Origin: Novosphingobium sp.
GTDB taxonomy: Bacteria; Pseudomonadota; Alphaproteobacteria; Sphingomonadales; Sphingomonadaceae
Length of the DNA stretch: 64,000 nt
NCBI GenBank assembly: GCA_046063245.1
Contig: JBJTLX010000212.1
Coordinates: 389-64,388 of the forward strand
Reading direction: 5' to 3'
Shown here piece after piece: positions 60,476-64,000 of this stretch. The translations under genes were made by a program, and so were the position numbers. Numbering within the stretch: the first letter of the stretch is position 1; each line of letters starts with the position of its first letter. The notes under the pieces are model-generated. The model saw only the letters and a list, made by a program, of their open reading frames with translations. It was not told the origin of the DNA and searched no databases.

Positions 60476-61254
60476 TCAGTGCGCCATCATCCCGCCGTCG
60501 ACGACGAACTCGGCCCCGGTGCAATAGCGGCCTTCGTCGCAGGCGAGGAACAGGTTCATGTTGGCGATGTCGATCGGGTCGCCCATGAAGCCCATCGGCA
60601 CCAGCGCCAGAGTCGCGTCGTAATTGTCGGCGTTGTCCTCGGCGGCGACGCCCTGCATGTTGGTCAGGATCATGCCGGGATGCACGGTGTTGACGCGGAT
60701 CAGGTCCTGGCGGTTTCCATCGCGATCGCCTTGGAAAAGATCCGCACCCCGCCCTTGGCCGCGGCATAGGCCCCGCAGGCCGGGACCCCGCCGATTCCCG
60801 CGACCGACGAGATGTTGATGATCGACCCGCCCAGTGCCTTGCCGTCGGGCCCGACCTTGCGCATCGCGGCGACGGCGCGCTTGGTGCCGAAGAACACGCT
60901 GTCGAGGTTGACGGTGTTCTGCAGGTTCCAATCGGCGGTGGTCATTTCCTCGATCACCCGCAGCACCGCGATCCCGGCGTTGTTGACCAGCACGTCGAGC
61001 CGGCCGTGATCGGCATCGATCCGGGCGAAGACGGCATCCCAATCGGCCTCGCTGGTGACGTCGTGGGCCATGGCGACAGCCTGGCCGCCGCTGGCGCGGA
61101 TCCCCGCCGCGACCGCTTCGGCCCCGGCGCCGTCACGGTCGGTGACATAGACGACGGCGCCTTCCTCGGCGAAGCGCACGGCAGTTGCGCTGCCCAATCC
61201 GGGTACCGAGGCCCCGCCGGTGACGAGTGCGATCTTGCCTGCAAGCCGTGCCAT
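60476..61254 (-). pseudogene. SDR oxidoreductase with a frameshift near 60705
   Basis: TGGAS..GLG, NNAG, YAAAK...METAR in one frame; DLIRVNTVHPG...VDGG in another. Confidence 0.85.
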
Positions 61255-61267
61255 GATTCTCTCTCCA

Positions 61268-61304
61268 ACAAATCGGGCTGCGACCATCTCTGGTCGCAGC
61301 CCGG
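61268..61304 (-). terminator. Hairpin / terminator downstream of the minus-strand TBDR
   Basis: cgggctgcgacca-tctc-tggtcgcagcccg, perfect 13-bp stem. Confidence 0.65.
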
Positions 61305-61327
61305 ATTAAGGCAAACTGATCAAATGA

Positions 61328-63787
61328 TCAGAACTTGACGCCAATCGTCGCGCCGTAGGTCGCCGGCTCCAGCGCCATGCCGAACGACCACAGCCCGGCC
61401 ACGGTAAAGGCGTGGGTGGTGGTCTTTTCGTTGAGCACGTTGCGTCCGAACACACGGAAATAGGCTTCGGCATCGCCGACATCGAAGTTCAGCGTGGCGC
61501 TGAGGTCGACCAGATCCTGAACCGTCGTGCGGACCCGCGGATCGTTGCCGTTGACGATCACGCTGGTGTAGCGGCCACCGGTCACAACCCCGGTCAGCGA
61601 TGCGGCAGAGAGCTGCTCGTCATAAGGCGAAATGTGACGGATCCCGGCCGTGGCGACGAACTTGCCGAAGCTGGTGGGGACCGAATACTCGGCCTCGAAC
61701 GATCCGGTGAACTCGGGCGCGTAGATCAGCTTGTTGCCCGAGAAGTCGGTGGGGACGGATGCTGTTGCTGCGTCAGGCCCACTGAACCCGCACAGGTCGC
61801 CCGCCACCAGCGTCGCGTTCGAGCTGGTGTAGTTGGCGCAGGTCACGAAGTTGCGGAAATGCGACTGCATATAGGCCGCAGAGATCGTGAACTTGAGTCC
61901 TTGGACCGGACGGAAGGTCCCGTCGAACTCGATCCCCTTGATGATGGCGCCGCCCGGGACGTTGCCGGTGATCGTCTGGTTGCCGGTCGGGCCGCCAGGA
62001 ACGGTCAGGTTCTGCTGCATGTTCTTGTAGTCGGAGACATAGCCCGCAAAGTTGAGCTGCAGCTTGCGGTCGAGCAGGGCGAGCTTGGCCCCGACTTCAT
62101 AGGAATCGACCGTTTCGGGCTGGAACGGGGTGCTGGCGGTGGCCGCCGTCGCCGCGCGCGGGCTGAACCCGCCCGAACGATAGCCGCGCGACCAACTGGC
62201 GTAGAGCATCACGTCGTTGCTGGGACGGAAGTCGATCCCGGCCTTGGGAGTGAACTTGCTGAAGCTGGCGTCGCCCGAACCCACCAATGCAAAGGATCCG
62301 GGGGCGCAGACCGGCGTGCCCGGAACCGTCGGTGCGCCGATGCCGGTGCACGACCCCGCCGCGACATATTTGCTGTTCTGGATGTCGCCGGGCGCGATCA
62401 GCATGTTGGGGGCAAAGCCGTTGCTCAGCTTCTTGTTGTCATGGCTCCAGCGGCCGCCGAACGAAAGGCGCCACTTGTCAGCGAAAGCCCAGTTGAAATC
62501 GCCGAAGAAGGCGTAGCTGGTGGTCTTGCCTTCGACGTGCTGCGAAGCCGTGTCGAACAGCGTCGGCGGGACGGTCGGGCTGAAGCCGAATACCCGCGAC
62601 CACTGGGTCAGGTCATACTTCGAATCGAAGAAATAGCCCCCGATCACGTAATCGAACCCGTCGAACAGCTTCCCACCGGCGCGCAGTTCCTGGCTCCACT
62701 GGGTGTAGTGCTGGCGGCGATCGACATAGTAGAGGTCGGTCGACGAGCCGTCGAAATCCTGGGTCTGCTCTTCGCGGCTGTGCCGCCAGCCGGTGATCGA
62801 GGTCAGCTTGATGCTGCCCAGGTCGTAGTTCATCGTCAGCGTGGCGTCGGGCGCGTGATAATGGCTGTCCGCAGCGGCGCCGAAGGTTGTGTAAAGATCC
62901 GTGGTGGAGTTGCGGCCGCACTCGACCGCCGGCTCGAAACCGCAGAACAGCTCGCTGCTGTTGACCAGGTTGCTGACCACCGGGTTGAACGACTGTACGA
63001 CGTTTTCAATCGTCAGCTGGGCGTCGAAACCCGATCCCGTGGGCTTGAACAGCAGCGAAGCGCCATAGTTGTCGCCCTTGCTCCAGCCGTCCGAGGTGTT
63101 GCGCGTGACGTTTTTATAGAAGCCGTCGGTCTGGTTGTGGAAATACCAGGCCTTGATCCCCCAGGTGTCGCCATCGCCGTAATTGGCGATCGTCTTGGTC
63201 GACCAGGCGTTCCAGCGGCCATAGGTAACCTCGGCCTTCAGACCGGGTTCCATCGTCGGCTTGGAGCGGGTGATACTGACCACGCCGCCGATCGTGTTGG
63301 CGCCGAACAGCGTGCCTTGCGGCCCGCGCAGCACTTCGATCTGGGCGACGTCGAAGGCGTCCTGCAGCTGGCCGGTGTTGGTGCCGATGGTGATCCCGTC
63401 AACCACCACCCCGACGGTTGGGGTCTGCGACTTCTCGATGTCGGCATAGGTCAGCCCGCGGATCGAGATGTTGGCCGCCTGCGCGCCCGAGTTCTGCTGG
63501 GTGATCAGCAGACCCGGGGCCGCGCCCTGGAGGTCGCCGATGTTGATCGAACCCTTGTTTTCCAGCGAGGCGGTGTTGATCGCGCTGATCGCAACCGGGG
63601 TCGACTGCAGGGTTTCGTCGCGGCGGCGGGCGGTCACGATTATACCGCCGTTGTCCGAAGCGTCAGCAGTGTCCTGCGCCGGCGCGGCATCCTGGGCCTG
63701 GGCCGGGGCCGCCAGCGCCAGCAATGCCGAAGTCGACAGGGCCGCCGCCACAAAGGCGCGCGCGTAATGTGATCTGGTCGGTAGCAT
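61328..63787 (-). CDS. TonB-dependent receptor
   Basis: Signal peptide; IIVTARRR, EVLRGPQGTLFG and GYRSGGF motifs; C-terminal KF. Confidence 0.93.
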   Translation of the reverse strand: MLPTRSHYARAFVAAALSTSALLALAAPAQAQDAAPAQDTADASDNGGIIVTARRRDETLQSTPVAISAINTASLENKGSINIGDLQGAAPGLLITQQNSGAQAANISIRGLTYADIEKSQTPTVGVVVDGITIGTNTGQLQDAFDVAQIEVLRGPQGTLFGANTIGGVVSITRSKPTMEPGLKAEVTYGRWNAWSTKTIANYGDGDTWGIKAWYFHNQTDGFYKNVTRNTSDGWSKGDNYGASLLFKPTGSGFDAQLTIENVVQSFNPVVSNLVNSSELFCGFEPAVECGRNSTTDLYTTFGAAADSHYHAPDATLTMNYDLGSIKLTSITGWRHSREEQTQDFDGSSTDLYYVDRRQHYTQWSQELRAGGKLFDGFDYVIGGYFFDSKYDLTQWSRVFGFSPTVPPTLFDTASQHVEGKTTSYAFFGDFNWAFADKWRLSFGGRWSHDNKKLSNGFAPNMLIAPGDIQNSKYVAAGSCTGIGAPTVPGTPVCAPGSFALVGSGDASFSKFTPKAGIDFRPSNDVMLYASWSRGYRSGGFSPRAATAATASTPFQPETVDSYEVGAKLALLDRKLQLNFAGYVSDYKNMQQNLTVPGGPTGNQTITGNVPGGAIIKGIEFDGTFRPVQGLKFTISAAYMQSHFRNFVTCANYTSSNATLVAGDLCGFSGPDAATASVPTDFSGNKLIYAPEFTGSFEAEYSVPTSFGKFVATAGIRHISPYDEQLSAASLTGVVTGGRYTSVIVNGNDPRVRTTVQDLVDLSATLNFDVGDAEAYFRVFGRNVLNEKTTTHAFTVAGLWSFGMALEPATYGATIGVKF

Positions 63788-63935
63788 AGGTCCCTCTCCC
63801 GGTGATCGCTGCCTTGCCGACAGCGCAATTTCCTCATTTCGATTTAGGCGATTGGCGCGCGCGCGCTTACTGCCAAATGTCACAGGTGCGGGCCGCGCCG
63901 AACCGGACGAGCAAGGAGCCAAGAGGAGCCTGACC

Positions 63936-64000
63936 ATGACCAGCAACCGCCGTTTCCTGCTCGCCCGCCGTCCGCACGGCACCCCGCAGCCCGAGGATTT
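63936..64000 (+). CDS. NADP-dependent MDR oxidoreductase, N-terminus (runs off the window)
   Basis: GAGGAG RBS; MTSNRRFLLARRPHGTPQPED resembles the N-terminus of the 52789 gene. Confidence 0.7.
   Translation, partial: MTSNRRFLLARRPHGTPQPED

Noticed and set aside
1-64000. CRISPR arrays, tRNA/rRNA genes, integrases, intact transposases
   Set aside because: None seen on manual reading; short ncRNAs cannot be excluded without covariance searches

Overview
GC-rich alphaproteobacterial DNA; gene style and content suggest a sphingomonad such as Novosphingobium (inference). Five blocks. (1) 1-25.8 kb: a Wzx/Wzy-type surface-polysaccharide cluster (wza, wzc, wzx, priming sugar transferase, OM beta-barrel, GT2/GT4/GT32, LuxR-type regulator). 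It carries unusual tailoring genes: a fatty-acid hydroxylase/sterol desaturase, a GINT1-like propeller protein, an Asp/LpxO-like hydroxylase, two CelD/BcsL GNATs, an acyltransferase and a diverged proline-dehydrogenase fold. A motif close to TACCMCYWWNGG recurs in its intergenic regions. (2) 25.8-26.6 kb: a scar made of an IS6 end plus P450 and crotonase fragments. (3) 26.7-33.9 kb: ECF sigma, FecR, TonB-dependent receptor (TBDR) and autotransporter. (4) 34.1-43.0 kb: an island bounded by two directly repeated IS6 remnants. It encodes a TIR + inactive-cyclase + STAND-ATPase + TPR-like protein, divergent from an operon of two COG3349-like flavoproteins flanking an acetoacetate-decarboxylase-family protein. 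This is the best candidate for an undescribed system. (5) 43-64 kb: catabolic genes (TetR, tandem PhyH dioxygenases, cupin, LysR, orphan fdhD-mobA with a decayed formate-dehydrogenase remnant, amidohydrolase, SDR/MDR/NTF2/VOC/Rieske genes, two paralogous TBDRs), with three single-base lesions. All calls come from reading motifs by eye; no database searches were run.
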